Below are positions 33,666-42,399 of a DNA stretch of 51,410 nt, piece after piece; positions within the stretch are counted from its first letter, which is position 1; every line of letters starts with the position of its first letter. Source of the stretch: Phycisphaerae bacterium. Lineage in GTDB: Bacteria > Planctomycetota > Phycisphaerae > UBA1845. Where the stretch lies: NCBI GenBank assembly GCA_049605375.1, contig JBMYUM010000001.1:1-51410 (forward strand). The letters are read 5' to 3'. Made by a program: the position numbers and the translations under genes. The notes beneath the pieces are model-generated. The model made no database searches, had not been told where the DNA came from, and saw only the letters and a program-made list of their open reading frames with translations.

Positions 33666-34655
33666 ATGCCCAATCCCAATCCCTCAGTTCTGATCGGTGA
33701 TCGTCGACCGGATATCTCCGGCTCGATGATGGAGTTCGACCTGGAAGCTGATCGTCGCGGCTTTATTGGCACGCGCGTCCTTCCAGTAATGGAGGTTGGT
33801 GTCGATTCCAGTCAGTACGGGATCGTGCCACTTGAAGAGCTTCTTCAGAATGTAGATACCGAGCGAGCCCCAGGGGCCCCGTACGCTCGCAGCACCACGT
33901 CCTTCACCAAGAAAGTCTTCTTGACAAAAGAGAACGGTGTGGAATCTGCCGTGGACGCGAAGAACGCCAAGATTTACCGCAACTACCTTGATGCGGAATT
34001 GGTTGCCGCGCGGAAGTGTCGCGACATTGTGCTCCGTAATCAGGAGAAGCGTGTCGCCAATCTTCTCTTTGATGCAACGACCTGGACAGGCGCATCGCTC
34101 ACGACTCCCGTGAGCAACGAGTGGGATGATTATGCAAATTCCACGCCGATCGCCGACGTTGACGCTGCCAGTCGAAAGGTGTTCGACAACACCGGCCTTT
34201 ATGCCAACTGCCTGGTGATCAACCGAAACGTCTTCATGAACCTGCGGCATTGCCAGGAAATCCTGGACCGGATTGCCTCAGCGGGTGCCGGTAATCGAAC
34301 GCTGCCGAGCGACGTCACCGTGCAGATGCTCGCAGAGGCCTTTGCCCTTGATTACGTGCTGGTGGCTGGGGGCGCTCAGAACACCGCGAACGAAGCGCAG
34401 GCTCGTGAGATTTCGCATATCTGGTCGGGCGAATACGCCAGCGTGTGCCGTATCGCCACAGAGACGCAGAACATCGAAGAGCCTTGCGTGGGCCGCACGT
34501 TCCACTACTCCGAAGACGGATCGGAGATCGGCACAATCATCGAGACATATTGGAACGAAGAACGTCGGTCCACGATCGTTCGCGCTCGTCACGATACGGA
34601 TGAGAAGATCCACTACGTCGAGATGGCGCACTTGCTCAGCAACATCTCTCAGTAG
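33666..34655 (+). CDS. major capsid protein, lambda gpE-like family
   Basis: 329 aa. Position after the protease and decoration genes. The N-terminal MEFDLEADRRGFIGTRVLPV and overall pattern resemble Phage_cap_E proteins. Confidence 0.8.
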   Translation: MPNPNPSVLIGDRRPDISGSMMEFDLEADRRGFIGTRVLPVMEVGVDSSQYGIVPLEELLQNVDTERAPGAPYARSTTSFTKKVFLTKENGVESAVDAKNAKIYRNYLDAELVAARKCRDIVLRNQEKRVANLLFDATTWTGASLTTPVSNEWDDYANSTPIADVDAASRKVFDNTGLYANCLVINRNVFMNLRHCQEILDRIASAGAGNRTLPSDVTVQMLAEAFALDYVLVAGGAQNTANEAQAREISHIWSGEYASVCRIATETQNIEEPCVGRTFHYSEDGSEIGTIIETYWNEERRSTIVRARHDTDEKIHYVEMAHLLSNISQ

Positions 34656-34725
34656 CGTGAACTGAGCGGAATATTCTCTCGTTGGCGACTGAGTCCATCG
34701 AGCCACTACATAGGAGCTTCGTTAC

Positions 34726-35001
34726 ATGACTTCATACGCGATCAAAACCAAGAGCGGTGTGCGTTGCGGCGACAAGGACTTCCCTGCCGGTTCCCGGTTG
34801 GGTGTGATCACGGTCGAGCCGGGCGTGCCCGTCAACTATCTGGTTGACGGTATGCGAAACGGGAAACTCACGGAAGAGCTGGACGAGTCGCTCTCTGTTG
34901 AGGGCCTTGAGGTTGAGCAGGTCGACGAGGCCGCCCAGCCCAGTGCGACCAAGGCCACCAAGCCCAAGAAAGGCGATGCGGCCAACAGCGGTAAGTCGTG
35001 A
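34726..35001 (+). CDS. hypothetical head-associated protein
   Basis: 91 aa with a Lys/Ala-rich tail. 4-nt overlap with the next gene. Confidence 0.5.
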   Translation: MTSYAIKTKSGVRCGDKDFPAGSRLGVITVEPGVPVNYLVDGMRNGKLTEELDESLSVEGLEVEQVDEAAQPSATKATKPKKGDAANSGKS

Positions 35002-35360
35002 GCGCGTTCGACGATCTCATGAAGGACATGGGGCGGCCGTTGCTGATGGAGCAACTCGGCAGGCCGGTGGTCTACAAGGCCATCGATACCGACGAGCAGA
35101 CCATCACGGCGGCCGTTGGCGAGATTCGCACGGAGATCGTGCAGGACGAGGGGCATCGAAGCGACGTCATGCGGCGCACCATCACGATTTCGCTTGCCGA
35201 TGTGACGCATCCACAAACGCACGACTGCATCGAAGTCGAGCCCGGCGATTCCTGGGTGGTCGTCGGCGTTGAGATTCAGAACAACGGATTGGCGTCGCTC
35301 CTGGCTGAGTCGACGCGGAAGACGCGCGTGACCAGGCCGGGCTACGATCGCGGCCGCTGA
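34998..35360 (+). CDS. head-tail connector/head-closure-like protein
   Basis: 120 aa, small and beta-rich, positioned directly after the capsid module. Confidence 0.5.
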   Translation: MSAFDDLMKDMGRPLLMEQLGRPVVYKAIDTDEQTITAAVGEIRTEIVQDEGHRSDVMRRTITISLADVTHPQTHDCIEVEPGDSWVVVGVEIQNNGLASLLAESTRKTRVTRPGYDRGR

Positions 35361-35372
35361 CTGGAGATCGTC

Positions 35373-35549
35373 ATGTCTGAGAAAGAAGCAAATGGCATCA
35401 AGAGGTTCATGGTCGGCATCGCTATCGCGGTTGCTGCGACAGGAATTGTGCAGGTTGGCTACCTGATCCACTGGGTCGGCGGAGCGAAGGTCCGTATCGA
35501 TCACAATGAATTGAACATTGCCAAAATCATGACGGACTGCTGCCAGTGA
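35373..35549 (+). CDS. small membrane protein (58 aa), not in supplied ORF track
   Basis: GGAGA (35363-35367) then ATG 35373. Translation: MSEKEANGIKRFMVGIAIAVAATGIVQVGYLIHWVGGAKVRIDHNELNIAKIMTDCCQ, with one TM segment. GTGA overlap with the next gene. Confidence 0.4.
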   Translation: MSEKEANGIKRFMVGIAIAVAATGIVQVGYLIHWVGGAKVRIDHNELNIAKIMTDCCQ

Positions 35550-36082
35550 CTGAACCGGCCGGACCTATTTCGATTGCGCGGGCGACGTTTCGCAAGATGA
35601 TTGCGGACTCGCCAGCATTCCGTTTGTGGATCGATGCGTCCGGCGATGATTCGAATCAGCAGGCGCAGGCCCTAAATCGCATTCATGTGAATGCGTTTCC
35701 GCCACCACTGGACGGGCGGGATTACGAGAAGGATGAGTATCTCGGCTATCTCCCGTGTGCCGTGGTCTGGACGGGGAGCCCGGTCTACGAGTCCATTCCA
35801 GTGGGTTCGAAGGCCTTCAGGGCCAGTGGGATGCTCATGGCGGACTTCCTGTGGGAAGTTCCGGAGGATCTGGCAGACAACGACAACGAGCTCGAGATCC
35901 GCCTGCACAATTTCATGGGCGAGTTGATCCAAGATTTCAAGGCGCTTGCCAACAACCCAGGATACCTGGAGATCGTCCAGATCGACATTGCCGAAAACTT
36001 CGCACGCACCCCGGAGGAAAAACGGCCTCACCTCGGGGACTACATTGTCATGGAGATGATGGCCAAATGGTCGGGGATCTAG
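35546..36082 (+). CDS. neck/tail-completion-position protein
   Basis: 178 aa, GTG start. No motif recognised. Call is by synteny only. Confidence 0.5.
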   Translation: MTEPAGPISIARATFRKMIADSPAFRLWIDASGDDSNQQAQALNRIHVNAFPPPLDGRDYEKDEYLGYLPCAVVWTGSPVYESIPVGSKAFRASGMLMADFLWEVPEDLADNDNELEIRLHNFMGELIQDFKALANNPGYLEIVQIDIAENFARTPEEKRPHLGDYIVMEMMAKWSGI

Positions 36083-36092
36083 GAGCGATCGC

Positions 36093-36263
36093 ATGAAGTG
36101 GATTCTCATGATGGCGTATTGCTGCCTGCTCGCCGGATGCTCGGTCAAGACCGTCGAAATCCACCTGTGGGGCAAATACTACCAAGAGAAAGAGCCGGTC
36201 CAAAAGGACCAGGCTAACGAACCGACTATCGAGGTGACCATCGATGAGAATCACGGGGCTTGA
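36093..36263 (+). CDS. small lipoprotein (56 aa), not in supplied ORF track
   Basis: AGGAG (36081-36085) then ATG 36093. MKWILMMAYCCLLAGCSVKT is a signal peptide with lipobox LLAGC. Confidence 0.4.
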   Translation: MKWILMMAYCCLLAGCSVKTVEIHLWGKYYQEKEPVQKDQANEPTIEVTIDENHGA

Positions 36264-36462
36264 AAAACTCAATGGGTACAAAACGTACATCGGCGTGATC
36301 CTTGGGACATTGGTCTTGATGGCTGAATCTCTTGGTTGGATTACGTCGGATCTTCGCGAGCCGTTGCTCATTGCTATCGGCGGATTGACCGGCGTATCCA
36401 TCATCCACAAGGTTGAGAAGAAGGTGCCGGACAAGCCGCCGGCAAAGAGTCGTACGACATGA
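36244..36462 (+). CDS. small two-TM membrane protein (holin-like topology)
   Basis: 72 aa. TM segments YIGVILGTLVLMAESLGWI and LLIAIGGLTGVSII, with a basic C-terminus. Overlaps the lipoprotein ORF by 20 nt. Confidence 0.45.
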   Translation: MRITGLEKLNGYKTYIGVILGTLVLMAESLGWITSDLREPLLIAIGGLTGVSIIHKVEKKVPDKPPAKSRTT

Positions 36463-36959
36463 TCGTATTCCGTGTCACACAGACCGGTCCGATGCCACGA
36501 GAGGTGCGGAAGCAATTGCCTTTGATTAAGAAGAAGGCGTTCATGGCTGCCGGGCGTTTCTGGCATCGATACTTTCGCCCCAAGCACTTTACGGCCAAGG
36601 GGGCGCGGGAATACGGCTATGCCCCGCGAAAAGGTGAGCGCGGATCCGGACGTGCGTTCAAAGGTTCGTACACGGCTCGAAAGCTCAAGCGATTCGGGCA
36701 TACACGGCCACTGGTGTACACCGGGGAATCTGCCCAACTGGCTCGGATCATGGACGTTCGCGGGACGTCGCGAGGTTCTCGAACGGTGATCCATGCACGC
36801 GGCCTCAACCGGCGTAACCCAAACAGCACGATCAACATGCGAGACGAGATGACCCGTATCAGCCGGGGCGAAGTGCAACGCCTCACGAAGCTGATCTCCG
36901 AGTCGCTGGGTGATTCGATGGACAAGATCCAGACCCGGAAAACCGAGACCATCAGGTAG
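36459..36959 (+). CDS. basic virion/tail-completion protein
   Basis: 166 aa, very basic. ATGA overlap with the previous gene. Call is by synteny only. Confidence 0.5.
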   Translation: MIVFRVTQTGPMPREVRKQLPLIKKKAFMAAGRFWHRYFRPKHFTAKGAREYGYAPRKGERGSGRAFKGSYTARKLKRFGHTRPLVYTGESAQLARIMDVRGTSRGSRTVIHARGLNRRNPNSTINMRDEMTRISRGEVQRLTKLISESLGDSMDKIQTRKTETIR

Positions 36960-36968
36960 GAGCAAGCC

Positions 36969-37883
36969 ATGATTGAACGCATCCATAGTCTGCATGCTGC
37001 TGAGTTCGGGGCTGCTTTGATTGATGGTGTGAATCGTGTTTCGGTCAATACCGGGACTGAAGTCAACAACATCACCACCGGTGCCGACATCTATTCGCGG
37101 CACCAGTCTGTCGTTGCCCAGAATCCCGGCGCATCGTTCGAGTCATTGGCCATTGCCAAGGTATTGGCCTCGGTTCCCCTGACCGGTCTGAATCTCGCGA
37201 CGTCGGCCTTGGGCATCTATGCCAAGAAACGGCAGCAGGGCGGCGGTATCGAGGGAAGCGGCCAGCATCGCAAGTACACGTTCTCGGCTGGGCTTGCGTA
37301 CCTTGGTTCGCTCTCTGTGAGCCATCAGGAAGATGCGTCGATCACCGTCGAGTCGAGGGGTATTGCTGTCGGAGCGAACAACCCACTGACGATCGCTGAC
37401 TCCGTGACGTTGCCGAATCTACTGGATAGCGAGCGGTTCACGCTTGGACCGGTGGTCGTGGCCGGTGTGGATATTGCGGATCACCTCGAATCGATCGAGC
37501 TTAACTTCGGAGTCAACATTGGTACGAAGGGGGCGGGCTCCACGATCTGGCCGACGTTCGCCAACGTCAAGACCGTCCTGCCGGAAATCACCTTCCGGGG
37601 CGTCGACCTGGAGTGGATCAAGACTGAGAATATCCCACTTCTGGGGAAAGCCGGCACACACGCCAACACCACCATTAGCCTGAGAAAGCGACTGTCAGGT
37701 GGCACCTATACGGCCGACGAAACTGCCGAGCATATTCAATTCACGTGTGACGGCATCGTCACACCTGACGACGTCATGGATGCGTCTGACACCGATGAGG
37801 CGAGCTCGACCATCATGATGCGTGCGCGGCACGACGGCACGAATCTCCCCCTGACGATTGCGACCGCAGTCGCCCTTGCATAG
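36969..37883 (+). CDS. major tail (tube) protein candidate
   Basis: 304 aa. Position is two genes before the tape measure. Beta-rich, with no sheath-like gene nearby. Confidence 0.5.
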   Translation: MIERIHSLHAAEFGAALIDGVNRVSVNTGTEVNNITTGADIYSRHQSVVAQNPGASFESLAIAKVLASVPLTGLNLATSALGIYAKKRQQGGGIEGSGQHRKYTFSAGLAYLGSLSVSHQEDASITVESRGIAVGANNPLTIADSVTLPNLLDSERFTLGPVVVAGVDIADHLESIELNFGVNIGTKGAGSTIWPTFANVKTVLPEITFRGVDLEWIKTENIPLLGKAGTHANTTISLRKRLSGGTYTADETAEHIQFTCDGIVTPDDVMDASDTDEASSTIMMRARHDGTNLPLTIATAVALA

Positions 37884-37894
37884 GAAGCGATACG

Positions 37895-38677
37895 ATGGCT
37901 GGTTTTCTGTATTACATCCCGAAGGTCAACAACAACGAGGTCACTGATCAACTGATCAAGGCGAAGGAACTCGACTACGCATTGGGTTCCAATCGATCGG
38001 TTCGTGGCCTGATGAAGGGACCGGATGGCGTCGAGGGCGTTGTCATCGGGAACAAGCGGAGCATCGCCGCAGAGAAGGTCGGGTACTTCCCGGATAAGCA
38101 GTCGTGGCGGCAGATCCCGAAATCGGATTGCTGGGTCGGCATGTACAACGACGATCGGCCGACGCCGGAAGATCTTGTGGTGCCGGCCCCGCTCGGAGGC
38201 CACAAGGTCAAGCTGGCTGACGATCAGATGTACACGATTCCGGTGGCACTGATGTACTCCGAAGAATTTCGCGGCCCAAGTCCGGCCTTGCCGCATTCGG
38301 TCGACGTCACTGACGACGGCGATTGGACGCTTGGAAAGGTGTTCGGCACATACGCCAACCTTGAGGAACTGGCAAACCAGTTTTGGAATGCATTCGCAAT
38401 GGGCATCCAAAGCGACGAAGGCTCTGAAGATGGTCAATCCGGTCAAGTCAAGTTTGACTTCGCGGGGGTCAGTGATGGTGCTTTGGCCGCCCTTTCGACC
38501 AACTATGCCGTAAACAAAGCTGAGATTGTCCTTGCCGGTTTGTTTGGGGGATCGGTCCAACAGGAAATCCTGCAGGCGCTGATTGACTGGCCTAGCGTGC
38601 AGGAGTTCATCAAAAAAAAAGCAGCCGAATCACAAGCGCTCGTTACCTCCGATTCCGAGCCTGGGCCTCCGGGCTAA
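37895..38677 (+). CDS. tail assembly chaperone-position protein with A9 slippery run near its 3-prime end
   Basis: 260 aa, acidic. Immediately upstream of the tape measure. A9 lies at 38612-38620. Confidence 0.5.
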   Translation: MAGFLYYIPKVNNNEVTDQLIKAKELDYALGSNRSVRGLMKGPDGVEGVVIGNKRSIAAEKVGYFPDKQSWRQIPKSDCWVGMYNDDRPTPEDLVVPAPLGGHKVKLADDQMYTIPVALMYSEEFRGPSPALPHSVDVTDDGDWTLGKVFGTYANLEELANQFWNAFAMGIQSDEGSEDGQSGQVKFDFAGVSDGALAALSTNYAVNKAEIVLAGLFGGSVQQEILQALIDWPSVQEFIKKKAAESQALVTSDSEPGPPG

Positions 38678-38800
38678 TACCGAATTACCGTCCGACGCTT
38701 GCCGATCTGTTTGCGTTGGAATTCGGTTTGGCAGACAGGCCGCCACAAGTGGTTGAGCGTCAGCCGATGATTGTTGTTCCGAAGATCAGGAGACGGTGAG

Positions 38801-40240
38801 TTGGCCGCACAACTCTCAGTTGAAATGACCGGTGACGAGCGAAAGCTCGCCAAGAAACTGGTCCGCGCTGAGGCAAACATCGACAGCCTGAAACGCAAGC
38901 TTCGAGAAGCCGGAAAGGCCGGCAAACGATCGGGCTCGGAGATCAGTGGATCGATGAAGTCGATCAAGATGTCGATGGGGGCCTTGGCCGGAGCGGCGGG
39001 CCTCGGGAGTGTCCAGCAAGCCCTCAGTGCCATCAATGCAAGCTATCAAACATGGCTTCGCAATCAACGAGAGATCTCCCTTGAGGTCCAGAAGAGTACA
39101 CGTTCTTCGGTAGCATTCTCTGCGTTGCAGCCGGTCGGCATGAAGCAATCACGGAAGAGGGAAGCCATCCAACTGGGGATGTATTACGGCCTCGAAGAAG
39201 ACCGTGACGGCATTACGGGTACTGTGCAGGCATTGCAAAGTGCTCGCGGTGGAAGCTTCAAGGCGGGCATGGATACGGCTAAGACGGTTTTTGCTGCGAC
39301 CCAGGTTGGCATCTCAATGGACCGCGCTCGCGAGCTTGAAGTCATTGGCGCATCTCAGGGAATGGCGTCTGGCCAAGCGTTGCGATTTGCATTTGTTGCC
39401 GGGCAAGAGTCTGCGCGTGATCCCGAAGTGCTAGCAGGCGCCTCTCCCGGGTTGAGCTTCTTTGAAGACAAGGTCTTTGGTATTTCGGCCGCCGGGGTTC
39501 TGGCCGGATCGCAAAAGCCCGAAGAGCTTGGCACGTTCCTCAAGGCTGCTGGTATCGCCCTCTCGAAGAACAGCTCTGTCGGATTCCAGGACACATTCAA
39601 GGAACTGGGAGTCGAGAACGCCACGAGGCTGGAGAAACTACAAGCGTTAGCGGCAGCTGGAATCAACACACAAGAGGAACTTGGACTGGCTGGCTTGACT
39701 GAGATGAGGCAGCAACAAGCGTTGGTTGGCTTGATCAACAATATTCCGGACGTGTTTCGCATCATGAGCGGAGTGGAGCAACGAGCAAAGCCGGGGCTCT
39801 TTGCAGAGCAACGAGCAAAGATCGAGGCCGAAGATCCGCTTGCAAAAAAGGAACGCGAGCTGCGGGTGCTTCAAGCGATGCACAAGTATGAACAGACCTT
39901 TGGGGCGGGGGCCGTGGGGGCGCTGGACCTTGAGATAAGTCAAACCGCTCGTGGTCTGGCGAATCGCAGGATGGGGCGCGAACAAGCCGGGCCCATTGAT
40001 CTGATCGACGAGCAGGGTCGTGCGAGCATATACAGTGGCGTAACGGCATTTCTTTCCTCGTTCTCGGCTGCTGGGCTTCTCGGGAGCGAAAGTACGGGCC
40101 TTGACGCTTTAAGCGATCAACTGGATCGGATTGGCAATGAGCTTGAGGACATCAACAGAAACACCTTGAGTTCCGCCGAGAACGGTGGCCGTGCAACAGA
40201 GCGACGACCACGAATCAACCCTGACGCGCAGAATGAGTGA
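38801..40240 (+). CDS. tail tape measure protein
   Basis: About 480 aa, helical and Ala/Gly/Gln-rich (GAAGLGSVQQALSAINASYQTWL, FAATQVGISMDRARELEVIGA). I prefer the TTG start at 38801, 7 nt after AGGAGA (38788-38793). The ORF track starts at 38771, and the first ATG is at 38824. Confidence 0.75.
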   Translation: MAAQLSVEMTGDERKLAKKLVRAEANIDSLKRKLREAGKAGKRSGSEISGSMKSIKMSMGALAGAAGLGSVQQALSAINASYQTWLRNQREISLEVQKSTRSSVAFSALQPVGMKQSRKREAIQLGMYYGLEEDRDGITGTVQALQSARGGSFKAGMDTAKTVFAATQVGISMDRARELEVIGASQGMASGQALRFAFVAGQESARDPEVLAGASPGLSFFEDKVFGISAAGVLAGSQKPEELGTFLKAAGIALSKNSSVGFQDTFKELGVENATRLEKLQALAAAGINTQEELGLAGLTEMRQQQALVGLINNIPDVFRIMSGVEQRAKPGLFAEQRAKIEAEDPLAKKERELRVLQAMHKYEQTFGAGAVGALDLEISQTARGLANRRMGREQAGPIDLIDEQGRASIYSGVTAFLSSFSAAGLLGSESTGLDALSDQLDRIGNELEDINRNTLSSAENGGRATERRPRINPDAQNE

Positions 40241-40638
40241 TGCCGAGCTTCAACGACAACGGAACGCTCTACGAGTTCATTACCATGGTTGGTGTTCCCC
40301 CGACGCCTGGCCAGCTGGTGCAGGACATCTCACGCTCCAATCTCGACGGTGTGGCGTTGCAACGATCCGCACGCAAGGGGGAAGAGTTCATCATTCGCGC
40401 GACTCGCGACGTTCTGGAAGCACAATTGAAGACGACCGTCGAATCGTATCGCAGCCTCAGTGGCCAGATTGTGACATGGACCGACGACCACGACGTGGTC
40501 TACACGAACATCGCAATCCTGCGTGTTCCTCTGGCTCGAATAATTCGAGGTCGAACGATGGTTGGAGGTTTTCATGGCTCGTCGGCTTATGCGATTATCG
40601 AACAGCAGTTTGCCTGCATCGATGTGAGGACATCTTAG
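40237..40638 (+). CDS. distal tail protein candidate
   Basis: 133 aa. ATGA overlap with the tape measure gene. Call is by synteny. Confidence 0.5.
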   Translation: MMPSFNDNGTLYEFITMVGVPPTPGQLVQDISRSNLDGVALQRSARKGEEFIIRATRDVLEAQLKTTVESYRSLSGQIVTWTDDHDVVYTNIAILRVPLARIIRGRTMVGGFHGSSAYAIIEQQFACIDVRTS

Positions 40639-41169
40639 ATGGCCGTCACGCTATTGGAATCAGTGAAGGTCGGCGGCGGCACCATGATCCGGTGGACGTC
40701 GGATCAGCCGAATCCGACGTTTCGGGTGCTGATCAACGGCGTAGAACGTTACCGCACACGACATACATCGGTGATCGTACCGATCACCAAAGACGAAGCG
40801 GTATTGGTGGAAGTCCTCGATGACGAATCGAAGGCCACGCCGGCCGCATCGTCGCGTGGGCGTGTGGCGATTGCTGAAGACGCGTCGGCGGACCATTTTC
40901 GGATCGAGCAGAATGTGGGCGGGGACTACGTCCTTCAGTCCGTGGCGCGACAGGGTGGTAACAACGGTGCGAAGTCTTATCGCACGCCGCCACTGGCAGA
41001 CAGTGAGGATCACGAGTTTCGGGTGACGCCGGTATCGCCGGAAGGCAACCAGGGAGCTGCGGCGACGGCCACGCTCTCGATGCGACGGCATCCTGATCCG
41101 CCGGCGGTTACATCGGTAGCGGCGGAATACAACGGGACGCTCAACACAACGATAGTCACGATCAGTTAA
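40639..41169 (+). CDS. tail protein with two Ig/FN3-like beta-sandwich halves
   Basis: 176 aa. Two similar halves, each ending in a short conserved strand: the first contains TMIRWTSDQPNPTFRVLINGV and the second contains HEFRVTPVSPEGNQGAA. Confidence 0.5.
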   Translation: MAVTLLESVKVGGGTMIRWTSDQPNPTFRVLINGVERYRTRHTSVIVPITKDEAVLVEVLDDESKATPAASSRGRVAIAEDASADHFRIEQNVGGDYVLQSVARQGGNNGAKSYRTPPLADSEDHEFRVTPVSPEGNQGAAATATLSMRRHPDPPAVTSVAAEYNGTLNTTIVTIS

Positions 41170-41184
41170 GCACGGAGGCTTACC

Positions 41185-42228
41185 ATGGCGAATGAAAAGA
41201 CCCACGCGGATGCGGTCCGCTTTTTCCTGACGGGGGCAAGTAGCCACGACGGCGCCCAGACCAACCCGGACCAAAGCCTCGGCAACCATAAGTCCAGCAC
41301 TCCGGCCGAAAGCGTTGAATACGCGGTATCCAGTCCGATCAGCGGAATTGCAATCAACGACGTTGCTCGAGCAAATGGACTAGGTGATGGTTCCCTGCAA
41401 GCTGTCGGTGATGACACCGTACGCTGGACACCGCCTGGCGGTACCGCCGGTGAGAATGTGGATATCGCTAACGGCGAAACCAAGCTGATTGAGGCGGGCA
41501 ACGGCGAGCCTGACAAGTTCATCCGCATCACCAGAAACAGTGCGAGCGCATTGATCGGCACGGCTACCATCAGCATCGCCGAAAAAGCCAACAGCGTCGT
41601 CGCCGGCGACGATGTGTCTTCGGCCGAGCAAGCGTCAGGTGATACCGAATACCGGTGCTTCTGCCTGGCGAATGTGTCCGGGGCGAATGTCGAGAACGTC
41701 GCCGTCCTGCTTGAGAAGCAAGGTACCCAGCGAAACACTGATAGTGGGCAATTGGGTGCCAGTGGTTCCGGCACGATCACCATCACGGGGAGTTTCGCGG
41801 ATTGGCCTCAATCTGGATTTGCGGCGATCAAAACAAGCGGCGGGTCACTTCGGGAAGTTGTGTACTACTCATCACGCACCGCCACACAACTGACGATTCC
41901 GACAGCCGGACGAGGCCTGCAGGGGACAAGTGCGGCCGCCGGAGCAGCAACCGACACGATCGACGCCATTCCGGCCATCGCCATCGGCATTGAAGCACCT
42001 GCCAGCCAGCCAAGTGGAGCCTTCACCGACAACACTGGAAGCGGTGAGGGCACGGCACCGGGTGGCGTGAGCTTTTCTGTGCCGCTAGAGACAGCCGAGG
42101 CACTTTCGATCGGCACGCTTCAGCCTGGATACACCTACGGTATTTGGATCAAGCGATTGGTGGTGGCGGGCATGACCGCAGGGAAGGATTTCATCAGCGG
42201 ATTAGCTGTCGATTTCGATGCGGTGTAG
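41185..42228 (+). CDS. tail/baseplate structural protein
   Basis: 347 aa, Gly/Ala/Ser-rich. Contains YRCFCLANVSGANVENVAVLLEKQ. No family assignment. Confidence 0.5.
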   Translation: MANEKTHADAVRFFLTGASSHDGAQTNPDQSLGNHKSSTPAESVEYAVSSPISGIAINDVARANGLGDGSLQAVGDDTVRWTPPGGTAGENVDIANGETKLIEAGNGEPDKFIRITRNSASALIGTATISIAEKANSVVAGDDVSSAEQASGDTEYRCFCLANVSGANVENVAVLLEKQGTQRNTDSGQLGASGSGTITITGSFADWPQSGFAAIKTSGGSLREVVYYSSRTATQLTIPTAGRGLQGTSAAAGAATDTIDAIPAIAIGIEAPASQPSGAFTDNTGSGEGTAPGGVSFSVPLETAEALSIGTLQPGYTYGIWIKRLVVAGMTAGKDFISGLAVDFDAV

Positions 42229-42257
42229 CGTCCCAGTTGCCGGTTCCATGGAAATGA

Positions 42258-42368
42258 AATTCTACTTCCGGAAGTAGAATTCTACTTCCCGGCAAATAAT
42301 CGCCTTTTTCGGCCCCGTTAAGAGGGTTTTCGTGTGAATGTCCGGAAGTAGGACAGTGCCTACTTCCG
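42258..42368. promoter_or_regulatory. palindrome cluster built from CTACTTCC / GGAAGTAG (5 copies)
   Basis: Perfect 24-nt palindrome AATTCTACTTCCGGAAGTAGAATT (42258-42281). Direct copy AATTCTACTTCC (42279-42290). Second inverted repeat CGGAAGTAGG (42343-42352) / ACAGTG / CCTACTTCCG (42359-42368). All lie in a 171-nt non-coding gap in an otherwise tightly packed operon. Confidence 0.5.
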
Positions 42369-42399
42369 CGAATCGACTCGTCTGGGATTCACGTGACCA

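Noticed and set aside
36048-37103. 351-aa minus-strand ORF across four plus-strand head-tail genes
   Set aside because: It conflicts with a translationally coupled plus-strand gene series and has no motif or RBS, so it is a shadow ORF.
37736-38560. 274-aa minus-strand ORF opposite the chaperone-position gene
   Set aside because: Same reasoning. It is antisense within a unidirectional late operon, with an Arg-rich composition.
40185-40823. 212-aa plus-strand alternative-frame ORF over the tape-measure end and the next two genes
   Set aside because: The translation is extremely Arg/Ser/His-rich. It overlaps three better-supported, translationally coupled genes.
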